Below are positions 1 to 12,599 of a stretch of 64,000 bases of DNA, in pieces. A program made the position numbers and the translations under genes. The notes below the pieces were generated by a model. It was not told the origin of the DNA. It did no database searches and worked only from the letters and a program-made list of their open reading frames with translations. This DNA comes from Mobula hypostoma (lineage: Eukaryota), in NCBI RefSeq assembly GCF_963921235.1, contig NC_086108.1, positions 6,262,001 to 6,326,000 on the forward strand. Reading direction: 5' to 3'. The stretch's first letter is position 1, and each line of letters starts with the position of its first letter.

Positions 1-1321
1 GATCTTTTTTTTATTGGGTTCTTTCGGTTTCTTCCTTTGTGGCTGCCTGTAAGCAGACTAATTTCAAGTTGTATAACTTATACATTCTTTCATAATAAAT
101 GTGCTTTGAATACTTGAAAAAGAAAGTAAAATAATGAGGTAATGTTCATAGCTTCATGGGCCATACAGAAATCTGATGGTAGAGGGGAAGAAGATGTTCA
201 TAAAATGGTGAATGTGTGTCTTCAGACTCCTGTCCTCCCTGCTGATTGTAACATTGAGGGACAGAGCATGTCCTGGATGGTTCGGGTACTTAATGAACGA
301 TGCGACTTCTTGTGGCATCGCCTATTTAAGATGTCCTCAATGGTGGGGAGGTTCCAATGATATCTCCCTTCATTTCTGATAAATTTCAGGGAGATCAGAC
401 CCAGAGCCATCAAACACCACTCATACATTAACTCTATCATATCTGGTTCCTCAGATAGGCAACTTGCTGAGTCAGAATGGACAATTGGGCTTCTAATCTG
501 TATAACTCCAGGTTGCTATGGATAATTGAATAATTCCAGGATCTAGGATGAAGAAATCAGCTCCAATTCATTCAGTGGAGTTGGATCATTTTGCAAAACA
601 AAGCTGTCACTGCACTAAACCTCTGATACAATCTCCATTTCCATTAATGACTCTAACAGGATCAGAATTGGGTTTAATGTCTCAGAAGAAGGTTGTGAAT
701 TTGTTGTTTTGTGACAGCAGTACAGAGCAGGAGTCACAGTGCAGACAGTTATTAAACTGGCTTTGAATATGTTGATGACATTTCCTCCAGTTATCCAGAA
801 GACAGATTAAACATTCTATCAACCTGGCATCTACTCGATAAGGCAACATTATCAAATCAGAAACTCTCCTACTATAGGTAATATCTTCTCCAGGTCCATT
901 CCATCTAGGCCTTTCATTACATGGTAGATTTCATTTAGATCATAAGATATAGTAATAGACTCAGGCCATTCAGCCCATCGAGTCTGCTCTTCCACTCCAT
1001 CATGGCTGATTTATTTTACTTCTCAACTCCATTCTTTCGCTGTCTCACCATAACCTTTGACGTCCTTACTAATCAAGAACATATCACCCTCTGCTTTAAA
1101 TATTCCCAATGACTTGCCCTCCTCAGGTGTGTGTGGCAATGAATTCCATAGATTCACCTCGCTCCAGCTGAAGAAGAATGCCTCCTCATTTCTGTTCTAA
1201 AGGGACATCCTTGTGTTCAGAGTCAACCCTGTGCTGCCTTGCCTCTTCCATCCACACATCCTGGAGCTCCCAATTGGTTTGGGCAAAGATCACCCACAAT
1301 AACCTCCAGTTGTCTCCCTTT

Positions 1322-1890
1322 CGGTCTTCCGGTTTGGTCGCCAGCCACTGGACCATGGTTTTCGGTCAGGCGCCGGATGCTTGGAGACATTTGGTGGGGG
1401 GCGGTCGGCCGGGGGCCGTGGTCGAGTGGTCGGCGACTTGGGCCAACTCCCCCACTGGACTTAGTTTGGTGAGGAGGGTGTGAGGACACCCAGCAGGACT
1501 GAAAAAACAAGACCTGACAAAGGGTGGATGAGCTCCTTGTGAGCCAACGGCCATCTTCCGTGGAAGAGATTAAAGCCTCACCACATATCTGCGAATCGTA
1601 TGCTATGCACCTAATTAGAAGAGATATGATGAACTTGGGCGCTGCATCGTGTGCCTGGACCTACCCAAGGCCTCCGCCTAAGGAAGGGCCGAGCTCGAAG
1701 AAGCGGCCGCGGCTGGAGGCCGACACGGCCTCGGGCGCGAGTTCGGCAGGGGCGGCGATGGGCAGTGCCAAGGCGGCCAGCGAGAACAAACTGGAGGAGA
1801 GGCTGTACTCGGTGCTGTCCAAAGATGAAAGAAGATGGAGGTGCATAGCTGCCACCCCGGATTCAGTATGGCACCCACTGACTGACTGAC
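1322..1890 (+). mobile_element. Non-autonomous RTE-derived SINE-like retroposon inserted in the Gypsy integrase
   Basis: 11-bp target duplication TGTCTCCCTTT (1311-1321, 1891-1901); (ACTG)n 3' tail; RTE-like C-terminal remnant IRRDMMNLG...KDERRWRCIAA; GC-rich head. Confidence 0.7.
1641..1818 (+). pseudogene. CYHR1: Captured, circularly permuted fragment of the CYHR1/ZFTRAF1 N-terminal coding exon
   Basis: Joining 1677-1818 to 1641-1676 gives in-frame [59 protein letters not shown], matching the recalled CYHR1 motif [22 protein letters not shown]. Confidence 0.75.
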
Positions 1891-3427
1891 TGTCTCCCTT
1901 TGAATGCCAGAAGGGAGTCCAGCCCCCCATTTTCCCTGATCAGGAGATTGATGTAGAAGTTCCTGCTGCTGAACAGCTGATTCAGCGCTATAAGTGCAAA
2001 TGGAGACGAGCCAGGGCTTCTCTGCTGCAAGCCCAGAAACAGCATTCCCAGCAGACTGATCTACTCCGTCGACAGGTATGGCCATTCAAACCAGGAGAGG
2101 AGGTCTGGTTGACAGCAAGGGATTTTCCCCTGAAAGTCAAGAGCCACACATTGGCACGGTGCTACGTGGGACCGTTTGTGGTGGAAAAGGCTGTCAACAA
2201 GGTGTCGTATAGATTATGTCTACTAGTATCGCTAAAGATCCACCAGTATTCCATGTTTCCCAGCTCAAGCCAGTTACTATCTCTCCCCCAGCCGCAGTCA
2301 CCCCATCTCCCCCTCCTCCCTGCTTGGTAGATGGTTCCTTGGTCCATACGGTGCGGCACCTCCTGGCATCTCGCTGTGTGCATGGCATGGTCCAGAAGAA
2401 CGTACTTGGATCCCAGTGAAGGACACCTTGGACAAGTCGCTCATTCAGGACTTCCAGCGGACAGAGGTCTGTGGCGCCTCAGCGGCTTTGTCTAGAGAGG
2501 AGGGCCCTGTTACAAACATGGATTCAGCAGTGCAGCAGATACAACGATTGCGCTTGTGAATATGCATATGTCAGCTAATTATTATTAAATTGTGATACTA
2601 TTTAACTCCATTCTTTTCATCGTAGTGCTTGTTGAGACTTGAGCAAAGCACAGCAATGTTTCGCTGCCTGTTGCATTCAGCCTTGCCTGAGAAATTGGAC
2701 TGTCGAGTCGACTGACTCTGAAGACTAGCAGTATTCGTTTATATTTAGCTATTCCTTTAAGCTGGAGTGTTGGCTTTGTGTTCCATTTGAGAATTTTAGT
2801 TAACGGTCCTCTTTGGCCTAGTGTTTATTGTTTTTTTTCCCTCTAAGTGTTCGCATTAAAGTCTGTGAACTATCGACACGCTTCAGTGTCTCTCGCCCCA
2901 CTCTTGGGTGATATCGGAATGGAGTGACAGGTTTCAGTTAGATGCTCCCTCATTCTTCTAAACACCAATGAGTACAGGCCGGAGCCATCAAACAGGCTGC
3001 ATACATTATCATTTCATTTTCTCTTCCTTAGGTCGGCAACTTGCTGAGTCATCACGGACATTTTGGGCTTCCAATCTATATAACTCTAGGATACTATGGA
3101 TAATCCAACAATCCCAGGATCTAGGACGAGGAAATCAGCTAAAATTCATTCAGTGGAGTTGGATCACTGTACAAAACAAAACTGTCACCACACTAAACCC
3201 CGGACTCAATCTCCATTCCCATTAACGATTCTAACAGGATCAGAATCGGGTTTAATGTCACAGACGTACGTTGTGAAATTTGTTGTTCTGTGGCAGCAGC
3301 ACAGAGCAGGAGTCACAGTGCGGGCAGTTATAAACTGGCCTTAAACTTGCTGGTGGCATTTTCTCCAGTTACCCAGAACACAGATTAAACTATCAAACTG
3401 GCATCTCTTTGATAAAGCAAACACAAT

Positions 3428-4550
3428 CGGAATCAGGTTTAATATCACTGGCATAGGTCATGAAATTTGTTCTATGCTGCCGCAGTACATTGCAATACAT
3501 AATAAAAACTGTAAATTACAGTAAAAAGTCTATACATATATGCTAAAAACCTTACATTAAATAAGTAGTGCAAAAATAGAAATGGAAAGTAGTGAGGCAG
3601 TGTTCATGGGTTCAATGTCCATTCAGAAATTAGATGGCAGAGAGGAAGCAGCTGTTCCTGAATCGTTGAGTGTGTGTCTTCAGACTTCTGTTCCTCATTC
3701 CTGGCAATGAGAAGACGGACTGTCCTGGGAGACAGAGATTCTTGATGATGGATGCCGCCTCTCTGAGGCATCGCTCCTTGAAGATGTCCTGGATGTTATG
3801 GAGACTGGTACTTATGATGGATTGACTGAGTTTACAACTCTGCAGCTTTTTTCTGATCCTGTGCGATGCCCCACCCCACCATACCAGATGGTGATGTAGC
3901 CAGTGAGAAGGCTGTCCATGGTATATCTGTAGAAATTTGTGTGTATCTTTGGTGAGATGTCAAATACTCCTTGGACTCTTAATGAAATACAGATACAATC
4001 GTGCCGACTTTGTAATTGTATTGATATGTTGGGCCCTGGACAGATCTTCAGAGATATTGATCCCATGAACTTGAAATTGCTCCCTCTTTCCACTTTGATC
4101 CCTCTATGAGGACTGGTGTGCGTTACCTCGTCTTACCCTTTCTGAAGTCCAAAATCAAGTCTTCGTTCTTACTGACGTTGAGGACAAAGTTGTTACTGCA
4201 ACACCACTCAACGAGCTGATCCGTCTCACTCCTGTACGCCTCCTCGTCACCATCTGAGATTCTTCCAATGATAGTTGTGTTGTCAGCAAATTTATAGATG
4301 GTCTGGACAGGGTGGAGCAGTCGGTCAAACACACACCCCTGAAGTGCACCAGTGTTGATTGTCAGTGAGGCAGAGATGTTATTTCTGATCTGGCGAGAAA
4401 GTTGAGGATCCAGTTGCAGAGGCAGGTAGAGAGACCCAGTGTTTGAAGCCTTTTGATCAGAACTGTAGGAATGATTGTGTTAGATGTGAAGCTGGTAGTC
4501 AATGTACAGCGGCCTGACATAAATATTGGTATTGTTCTGGTGATCCAAGA
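3428..4550 (-). mobile_element. Rex1/Babar-type LINE 3' fragment
   Basis: YKFADNTTIIGRIS...WCCSNNFVLNVSKNEDLILDFRK and a (GATTCT)-type tail. Confidence 0.8.
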
Positions 4551-6224
4551 CCCCTACAGATGGCTTGGACAGAGTCCTGCTGTTGTGTAATCAGAAAACT
4601 GTCAACATGAATCCATAATCTGAATCAGAGTCAGAATCAATCTGTTATCAGGGACATACATCGTGAAATTTGTTTTGTGGCCGCAGTATAGAGCAATACA
4701 TAAAAAATTACTTTGTTACAGTAAGAATTATATAAGAATTTTTAAAATAGTGCAAAATAATGGCATTACCAAAGATGTGTGACAGATGACTGGTAAATCA
4801 CAAGCTGAGAGAGTGGATAAAAACATTACTTTTCAACTTTTCTGAAGCAAATCGTGATGAACTACCACCACAGACAGTGAGGAGGCAGGCAGAGGCGAGG
4901 CTGCTTCAGGTGTTAGCCGTGCTGGGGCATTGCGAGGCACAATATGTTTGAGCCACAGACAGAGACGGAGATGGAGTGAGTGATTTGGAGAGGAGTCGAT
5001 GCAGAAGAGCTTCGATGTCTGTCCATTTAACCTGGTTGTAAGGTTGGTGAGATCGAGAATATCTTCAGGCTGGGTGGCCCAAGTGTATTGGGGCATCGGG
5101 ATTCAGGTCCTAGAACATGGCACCACTCAGTGCTTGGACAATTTAAACTTTGGCCCAGATCGACTGGAAGCCTGAGGGTGGGATTGATTTCGCTCACTCT
5201 TCCGCAAATGTTTATGCCTTTCTCCGTGGCACTGAGGCTGTGAACTGCTCTAGCTGTGGTGCTTTCCTGCCCTGCTGGTGTGATGAACTGGGGATCAAGG
5301 CTTGGCTTGGGCCCACTCAGGCTGCTCTGCGAGTGGATCTGGGGCTCAGTCTGGTTCGGGATTCTATTGGCTTGCTTCTATTGTTTGCATGATGTGTATT
5401 TCTTTGAAACTCCATCTTATTCTGCACAGTGATTTATTGATCTTTTTTATTGGGTTATTCAGGTTTCTTGCTTTGAGGCTGACAAATTTCAAGTTGTATA
5501 CTATAACTTACACATTCTTTGATAATAAAAGTGCTGTGTATATTTGAAAAAGACAGGAAAATAGTGCGGTGATGTTCATAGATTCACGGGCCCTACAGAA
5601 ATCTGATGGAGGAGGGGAAGAAGATGTTCATAAAATGCTGAATGTGTGACTTCAGGCTTCTGTACCTCTCCCCTGATGATAACAAGGAGATAGCGATAGA
5701 GCATGTCCGGGATGCTAATGAAGGATGAGCCTTTTTGTGGCATCACCTATTTAAGATGTCCTCAACGGTGGGGAGGTTCCAGTGAGATCCCCCTTCATTC
5801 TTCTAAATTCCAGTGAGTTCACACCCAGAGCCATCAAACGCCACCCATACGTTAACCCTTTCATTTCCAGTTCCTCGGGTAGGCAACTTGCTGAGTCAGA
5901 ATGGACAAATTGGGCAATTATTAAACCGACCTTAAACTTGCTCATGGCATTGCCCTCGGTTACCCAGAACACAGATTAAACATCCTATTAATCTAGCATC
6001 TATTCGATGAGACAGTGTTGTTAAATGTGGTCTGGCTCTGCCAGAGTCCTGGTCTTGTGCAACTGGGGACAGCTAATCGTGGATCCAGAATCTGAATCAT
6101 AATCAGGTCTATTACCACTGACATACAGGATGTCGTGAGTTTTTTTTTAGCCAATACAGTACAGAGCAGTACATAAATAAATACTTTATTACAATAAAAA
6201 TATATATATATTTAATGTATATAT

Positions 6225-7065
6225 TGTCATGTGTGAAGCCAGGCAGAGCTGCAGAACGGATGCTGTTAATGAGAAACAACAGAGAGCCATTCAAAATGCT
6301 AATAAGAGAGAAGAGAGAGAGACATGTAATTCAGTATGTTGGCGTCTGCCACAGACAGTTTGCTTTGAACCTGATCTGTTCATTAACAATCCTGCTGAGA
6401 CAATAGGAAGTATGAAGTTTGATGGACAGGTGATACCCCATCAGGGGGATAAAAATAGCAGGTTTGCTAAGGCATGGGACACACATGCCATGAGACCCTG
6501 GAAAGAGCATTGTGCCCCACAAGTTGGTGGGAATTTGGAGGACCGATTCGCGGGAATCGGTCAGAGGCTCACAGGGTGTAAAGGTACGACCAGTGGGGAC
6601 CTGTTTTGTGTCTGCCCTTGCCTGGGTGCCGGGTTCACCACGGAAGAACGGTCGCATCCGGAATGGAGGGGTCACAGTCAGTGACCACAGCGGGATCAGA
6701 AGGCATCGAAAGGTTTGCTTGAAACCTCAACTGTATCTCTCTCTCTATCTCGCCCCCCCCACCCCACCCAATGGTACAACAACAGCGATTACTTCAAACT
6801 GTACTAAATTGAACTGAACTCTGCGTCACCTTAAGACTGATCATTTTACCCCTAGACTGCGATAGAGCTTGGTTGATTCCTATTACCCTATTTCTGTGTA
6901 CATGTGTATACTATCATTGCTAACCTGTTACATTTATATCCTTGTGGTTAGTGTACTGTATTACTCATTTTTGTTAATAAAACTTTATTAGTTTCTAGTA
7001 ATCACAGACTCCAACAAGTGTTCCATTTCTGCTGGTTTGACAACCCAGTTACGGGGTGTGTAACA
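6225..7065 (+). repeat. 5' LTR
   Basis: TGTCATGTGTGAAGCC...GTAACA; AATAAA near 6976; homologous to 11509-12313. Confidence 0.93.
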
Positions 7066-7069
7066 TAAA

Positions 7070-7089
7070 TGGGGATCTCGTCCCGGGAT
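7070..7089 (+). promoter_or_regulatory. Primer binding site, tRNA-Pro-like
   Basis: TGGGGATCTCGTCCCGGGAT just after the 5' LTR resembles the tRNA-Pro PBS TGGGGGCTCGTCCGGGAT. Confidence 0.7.
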
Positions 7090-7165
7090 TTTCAATGCCA
7101 AAAATTGGGACTGGTTAAATTGATTAGGTTAAATTCCTGAATAAAAAAAAGGGCAAACAGCAGAA

Positions 7166-8440
7166 ATGGCGATTGAGGAATTTCTAAAGGCGCCAACCTT
7201 GGAGGCACTGGAGGATGCCAAGAAAGCAGAATTGGCAGCTGTTGCAAAATGGTTGAATCTTTTGAAGGGGAAGCAGACAATGAGGAGAGCGGAGATGCAC
7301 AGAGCCATCGTTGAGTATTACGTATCTAAAGATGTGTTTCCCCACGGGGAGTTGGAGGTGGTGTCTATGAGCAGACCTGGTGGGGAGGTGGTGCAGCTGC
7401 AGATGGAAAGATTAAGGTTCGAGCATGAGTTCTGAGTGAAGCAGTTAGAACAAGAAGAGAGAATAAAGCAGCTGGAACGGGAAGAGAGAGACAGGCAGTT
7501 AGAACGGGAAGAGAGAATAAAGCAGCTAGAGCGAGAAGAGAGAGAGAAGCAGCTAGAAAGGGAGGAAAGAGAGAAAGAAAGGGAGGAAAGAGAGAAGGAA
7601 AGGGAGTTTGAGCTGGAGAAGTTAAAGATAATGCGAGAGGGGGGCCAAATGCTGGACCAAGGTGGAGGGTTCAGGGCGACCCAGGAGGTTAGGTTGGTTT
7701 CCCCATTTGAGGAGGCTAATGTTGATTGGTACTTTCCACATTTAAAAAAAGTTGCTGCAAGTCAGGACTGGCCGAGGGATAAGCGGGCTGTTCTACTCCA
7801 GAGTGTGCCTAAGGGGAAGGCTCAACAAGCTTACTCGGCCTTGTCAGCAGAAGATGCACAGAGGTATGATGTGGTGAAAGAGGCTATATTCAGGATTTAT
7901 GAGTTGGTCCCGGAGGCATACCGGCAAAGGTTCCGGAATGTGAGGAAGCAGTGGGGCCGCACATATTGAGAGTTTGCCCGTGATATGCAAATGTATGGTG
8001 AGTGTTGGTGCGCCTCGAAAGGGGTCACTGGGGATTATGACAAACTGCTACAGCTAATACTGATTGAGCAATTTAAAGGTTGTGTCCCTGAAGGTATGAG
8101 GCCCTATCTAGATGAGAAGGAGGCAGAAACCTTACCCGCAACTGCTAAGTTAGCGGATGAGTACGCGTTAACACACAAAGTTTACCCCGAGTAAGAGCTA
8201 CCATAAGGGTAGTCGAGAGGGTGGAGAAAGTCCGCCGGAAAAGCCAGAAAGTAAGCCGGGGACTAGTGAGAAGGATAAGGAAGACAGGAAGCAGTTTGGT
8301 AGGAAGTCTCCTCGTTTCGTATGCTATAATTGTGGGAAAGCCGATCACATTGTGTCCAGGTGTTTTGCCCCAAAGAAGGAGACGGGGAAAGGAAAAACGA
8401 CGACTCCGACTGGCTGTATTGAGCCGGCAAACAAACTGCT
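7166..8440 (+). pseudogene. Disrupted gag (E/R-rich coiled coil, SCAN-like capsid region, CCHC knuckle)
   Basis: KQLEREER repeats; YELVPEAYRQRFR...LILIEQFK; CYNCGKADHIVSRC; in-frame stops at 7433 and 7967, plus a frameshift. Confidence 0.85.
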
Positions 8441-8449
8441 AGAGAAGAA

Positions 8450-11386
8450 GAGGTCTGATAGAGTTCAGGAAGGGTGCGAGAAGTTTATTTTGGCCGGATT
8501 GGTGTCGGTAAAGGAGGGGTCAACCCCAGTTCCATTACGGATCTGGAGAGACACTGGGGCTTGTCAATCATTGATCTTAAGGAGGGTGTTAGAATTCAGT
8601 GCAGAGACCGAGACTGGGGAGGTCAGTGTGATAAAAGGCATTGAGAAGGGGACTGAAGCAGTACCTTTGCACCAGATATACCTGAAAAGTGACTTGGTCT
8701 CCGGACCAGTCACGATCGGGGTGAGGTCCGAATTACCGATGGAAGACGTGGAGGTCTTACTCGGTAACGACCTTGCAGGTGGAGATGTGTACCCAGCAGT
8801 AAAGCTGATGAGCAAGCCTGCCAGGACTGAGAACCTGCCCATGGACTCACAGGTTTAGCCCGCTTGCGCAGTAACTCGACGCATGTCGAGAAAGGCTGCC
8901 AAAGTGAATGTGGATTTAGCTGAGACGTTTTTACCAGCCTTGTACCAGGAGGGGTTAGAAAGTGAGAAGAAGGAGCATAGTGGCGTGAAAGGAAGTGAGG
9001 GACTTGAGGTAGACTTATCATTAGTGAGGAAGGAATTTATACACGCACAGGAACGAGACAAGGAGCTGATGGTTTTGACGGAGACAGCTCTCTCCGAGGC
9101 AGAATTAAAAAGGGAACCAGTGGACTATTATGTGAAGGAGAGAGTACTGATGAGGAAGTGGAGACCAAGTACCGTGCCTGCAGATGAGGAGTGGGGGGTG
9201 GTACCCCAGGTGGTAGTGCCGAAAATTTATAGGGACGAGATTTTTAACCTGGCCCACAAGATACCCCTTGGTGGACATTTTGGGGTGAGGAAAACAGTCA
9301 ATAGAATTATGAAAGAGTTTTACTGGCCGAACATGAGGAAGGATATTATTGGGTATTGTAGACGGTGTCACACCTGTCAGGTGGTAGGTAAGCCGAACCA
9401 GGTCCTACCTAAAGCACCCCTTCGACCGATACCCGCTTTCGGGGAACCTTTTTCCCGAATAATTGTGGATTTTGTCGGTTCCCTGCCCAGAACTGCGAGT
9501 GGGCGAGAGTATGTGATGACTATGATGTGCACCGCCACCAGGTTTCCGGAGGCTGTGCCCCTGGTAAGCGTCAAGGCTCCCGCAGTGGTAAAGGCGCTTG
9601 TGAAATTTTTCACTACGGTGGGGTTGCCAAGTGAAACCCAGTCTGATCAGGGGAGTGTCTTCACATCTCACACATTCCGACGGATGTTGGATGAGATGGG
9701 AGCAAAGCAGATTTTGGCCTCCACGTACCACCCGGAGTCTCAAAGGGTGTTGGAGAGATTCCACAGTCTGGACAAAGTGATTAAGAAGATAGACACTTTG
9801 AATTATGTTATTGAAACACCAGACAGACGTAAGCTGACACAATTAGTGCACATCAATATGCTAAAAGCTTACCACGATGAGAAAGCAGATCCAGTCGGTG
9901 CTTTCACAAAAATGAATGAGGATGTGGTGCCAAATGATAAGGGGAAAGCACGTCTTGAAAAGATAAATATGGTGCCGACCAGGTTGGAGAACTCTATTGT
10001 TTTGGCCAACTTTGCTGATAAGGTCTCTCACTTAACCCCTGAACAGAGCGAGCCGCTGATAAAGCTAATTAACCGGCATGCAGATGTATGTCCAGATGTC
10101 CCGAGGCGATGCAAGGGGACAGTACATGATGTTATTGTTACGTCAGATCAGCCTATTAAGCAACACCCCTATAGGATGAACTTGGAGAAGGGCAAGCTAG
10201 TGGAGAAAGAAACTCAACACATGCTAGCCACAGGTATTATTAGGCCATCCAAATCAGAATGAGCTTCTCCCTGTGTGGTTGTCCCAAAACCCGATGGGAG
10301 CATACGATTCTGTACAGATTACAGAAAGGTGAACGCCATCACCAAAACTGATGCTTACCCCATCCCAAGGGTAGACGATTGCATCGGTAAAGTGGGGAGG
10401 GCTAAGTACATCACAAAGATCGATTTGCTGAAAGGATACTGGTGTGTTCCTTTAACCGACCAGGCTAGAGAAATCTCAGCATTTGTCACTCCATCTGGGT
10501 TATACGAGTATAATGTTTTACCTTTTGGCATGAAGAACGCCCCAGGAACCTTCCAAAGGATGATTAATTCAGCGATAAAAGAGTTAAAAAACGCAGAAGC
10601 ATTTTGGTGGTCTGGAGTGACACGTGGGAGGAGCACATTGTGGAACTGTTTAAACAGCTGTCTGAAGCCAACCTGACAGCGAACCTCGCGAAAAGTGAGT
10701 TCAGCCACGCTAAGGTCACATATCTGGGGTATGAGGTAGGACAGGGGCAGCTGGCACCGATGCAGGCTAAGGTGCAGGCTATCCTTGAAGTTCCCATCCC
10801 GACGGACAAGAGGGCCCTGAGAAGGTTCTTGGGGATGGTGGGATACTATCGGAAGTTTTGTAAAAATTTTGCAGATATTACCCTCCCTCTTACTAAGCTC
10901 TTGCCGAAGAAAGAGAAGTTTGTGCGGAACGACCTTTGTCAACAAGCCTTCGAGAGTTTGAAGGTGATATTGTGTCACCACCCTGTATTGAATGCGCCTG
11001 ACTTTTCAAAACCCTTCTCCCTAGCAACAGATGCTAGCAACGAAGCAGCCGGGGCGATGCTGTTGCAGACAGACAAAGAGGGAATTGAACATCCAGTAGC
11101 TTATTTTTCTAAGAAGTTTAATGTCCATCAGAGAAATTATTCCACTGTGGAAAAGGAATTACTGACAATCATTTTGGCATTACAACATTTTGAGGTTTAT
11201 ATTTGTCCAGCACAGAAACCACTGATAGTTTACACTGATCACAATCCATTGGTGTTTTTGACCACAATGAAGGATAAAAACAAACGCTTGTTAAGTTGGA
11301 GTCTGGTATTACAGGAATTTGATATACAGATAAAACGTGTAAAAGGAATCGACAATGTGATTGCTGATTGTCTGTCCAGGTGTTAA
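8450..11386 (+). pseudogene. Disrupted pol: protease, integrase, reverse transcriptase, RNase H
   Basis: RDTGA protease; HKIPLGGHFGVRKT/CHTC plus IIVDFVG...SDQG integrase; FCTDYRKVN...LPFGMKNAP RT; TDAS...EKELL...TDH...NVIADCLSR RNase H. Confidence 0.92.
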
Positions 11387-11508
11387 AATTTAAAGTTCTC
11401 TGTATTAACCGAATAGTTGATAACTACCTGCATATTAGTGTATATTTTATAATGTGCATTCATACCTGTAATTCTTATCCCCGGTAAAAATTCTTTTAAG
11501 GGTGGGGG

Positions 11509-12313
11509 TGTCATGTGTGAAGCCAAGCAGAGCTGCAGAACGGATGCTGTTAATGAGAAACAACGGAGAGCCATTCAAAATGCTAATAAGAGAGAAGAGA
11601 GAGATAACGAGAGTGAGACACGTAATTCGGTATGTTGGCGTCTGCCACAGACAGTTTGCTTTGAATCTGAACTATTCATTAACAATCCTGCTGAGACAAT
11701 AGGAAGTGTGAAGTTTGATGGACAGGTGATACCCCATCATGGGGATAAAATAGCAGGTTTGCTAAGGCACAACACACACGCCACGAGAACCTGGAAAGAG
11801 CATTGTGCCCCACAAGTTGGTGGAAGTTTGGAGGACCGATTCACGGGAATCGGTCAGAGGCTCACAGGGTGTAAAGGTACGATCGGTGGGAACCTGGTGT
11901 GTGTCCACCCTTGCCTGAAGGCCGGGTTCACCACGGAAGAACGGTCGCATCCGGAACGGAGGGGTCACAGTCGGTCACTACAGCGGGATCAGAAGGCATC
12001 AAAAGGTTTGCCTGAAACCTCAACTGTCAACAGCGATTACTTCGAACTAAACTAGACTGAACTGAACTCTGCTTCACCTTAAGACTGATCATTTTACCCC
12101 TAGACTGCAATAGAGCTTGGTTGATTCCTATTACCCTATTTCTGTGTATATGTGTATACTATCATTGCTAATCTGTTACATTTACATCCTTGCAGTTAGT
12201 GTACTGTATTACTTATTTTTGTTAATAAAACTTTATTAGTTTCTCATAATCACAGATTCCAACGAGTGTTCCATTTCTGCTGGTTTGACAACCCAGTTAT
12301 GGGGTACGTAACA
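11509..12313 (+). repeat. 3' LTR preceded by PPT AAGGGTGGGGG (11498-11508)
   Basis: TGTCATGTGTGAAGCC...GTAACA, homologous to the 5' LTR. Confidence 0.93.
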
Positions 12314-12599
12314 ATATATATTAAAATAGTGCAAAAGAGAGTTAAAATTCTGAGGTAGGTTCAATGTCCTTTCAGAAATCAGATGGCAGAGGAGAAGAAG
12401 TTGTTCCTGGAACATAGTCTATGTATCATCAGGCTCTTGTACCTCCTCCCTGCTGCTGGCAATGAGAAGAGGGCACGGCCTGGATGGTGAGGGTCTTTAT
12501 GAAGCAGGCTGCCTTCTTGAGGCATCACCTATTTAACAATCCTCAGTGGTGGGGAGGTTTCAATGATATTCACAACCTCTGCAAGTCTTCTAAATTCCA

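Larger units (their letters stand above)
1222..2929 (+). mobile_element. Gypsy (chromovirus-type) retrotransposon 3' remnant: integrase C-terminus, chromodomain-like region, PPT and 3' LTR (2508-2929)
   Basis: WSSQLVWAKITHNNL...SPFECQKGVQPPIFP; YVGPFVVEKAVNKVSYRL (GPY/F); VFHVSQLKP...PPPP; purine tract 2494-2504; TGTTAC...GTGACA LTR with ATTAAA. Confidence 0.8.
6225..12313 (+). mobile_element. Full-length, decayed Gmr1-type Gypsy LTR retrotransposon (gag-PR-INT-RT-RH)
   Basis: Two homologous TG...CA LTRs, 4-bp TSD ATAT (6221-6224, 12314-12317), PBS, PPT, and gag/pol domains with stops and frameshifts. Confidence 0.95.

Noticed and set aside
6229..6684. 151-aa ORF and its 180-aa counterpart at 11513-12055
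   Set aside because: Both lie inside the LTRs, end differently in the two copies and contain no recognisable domain.
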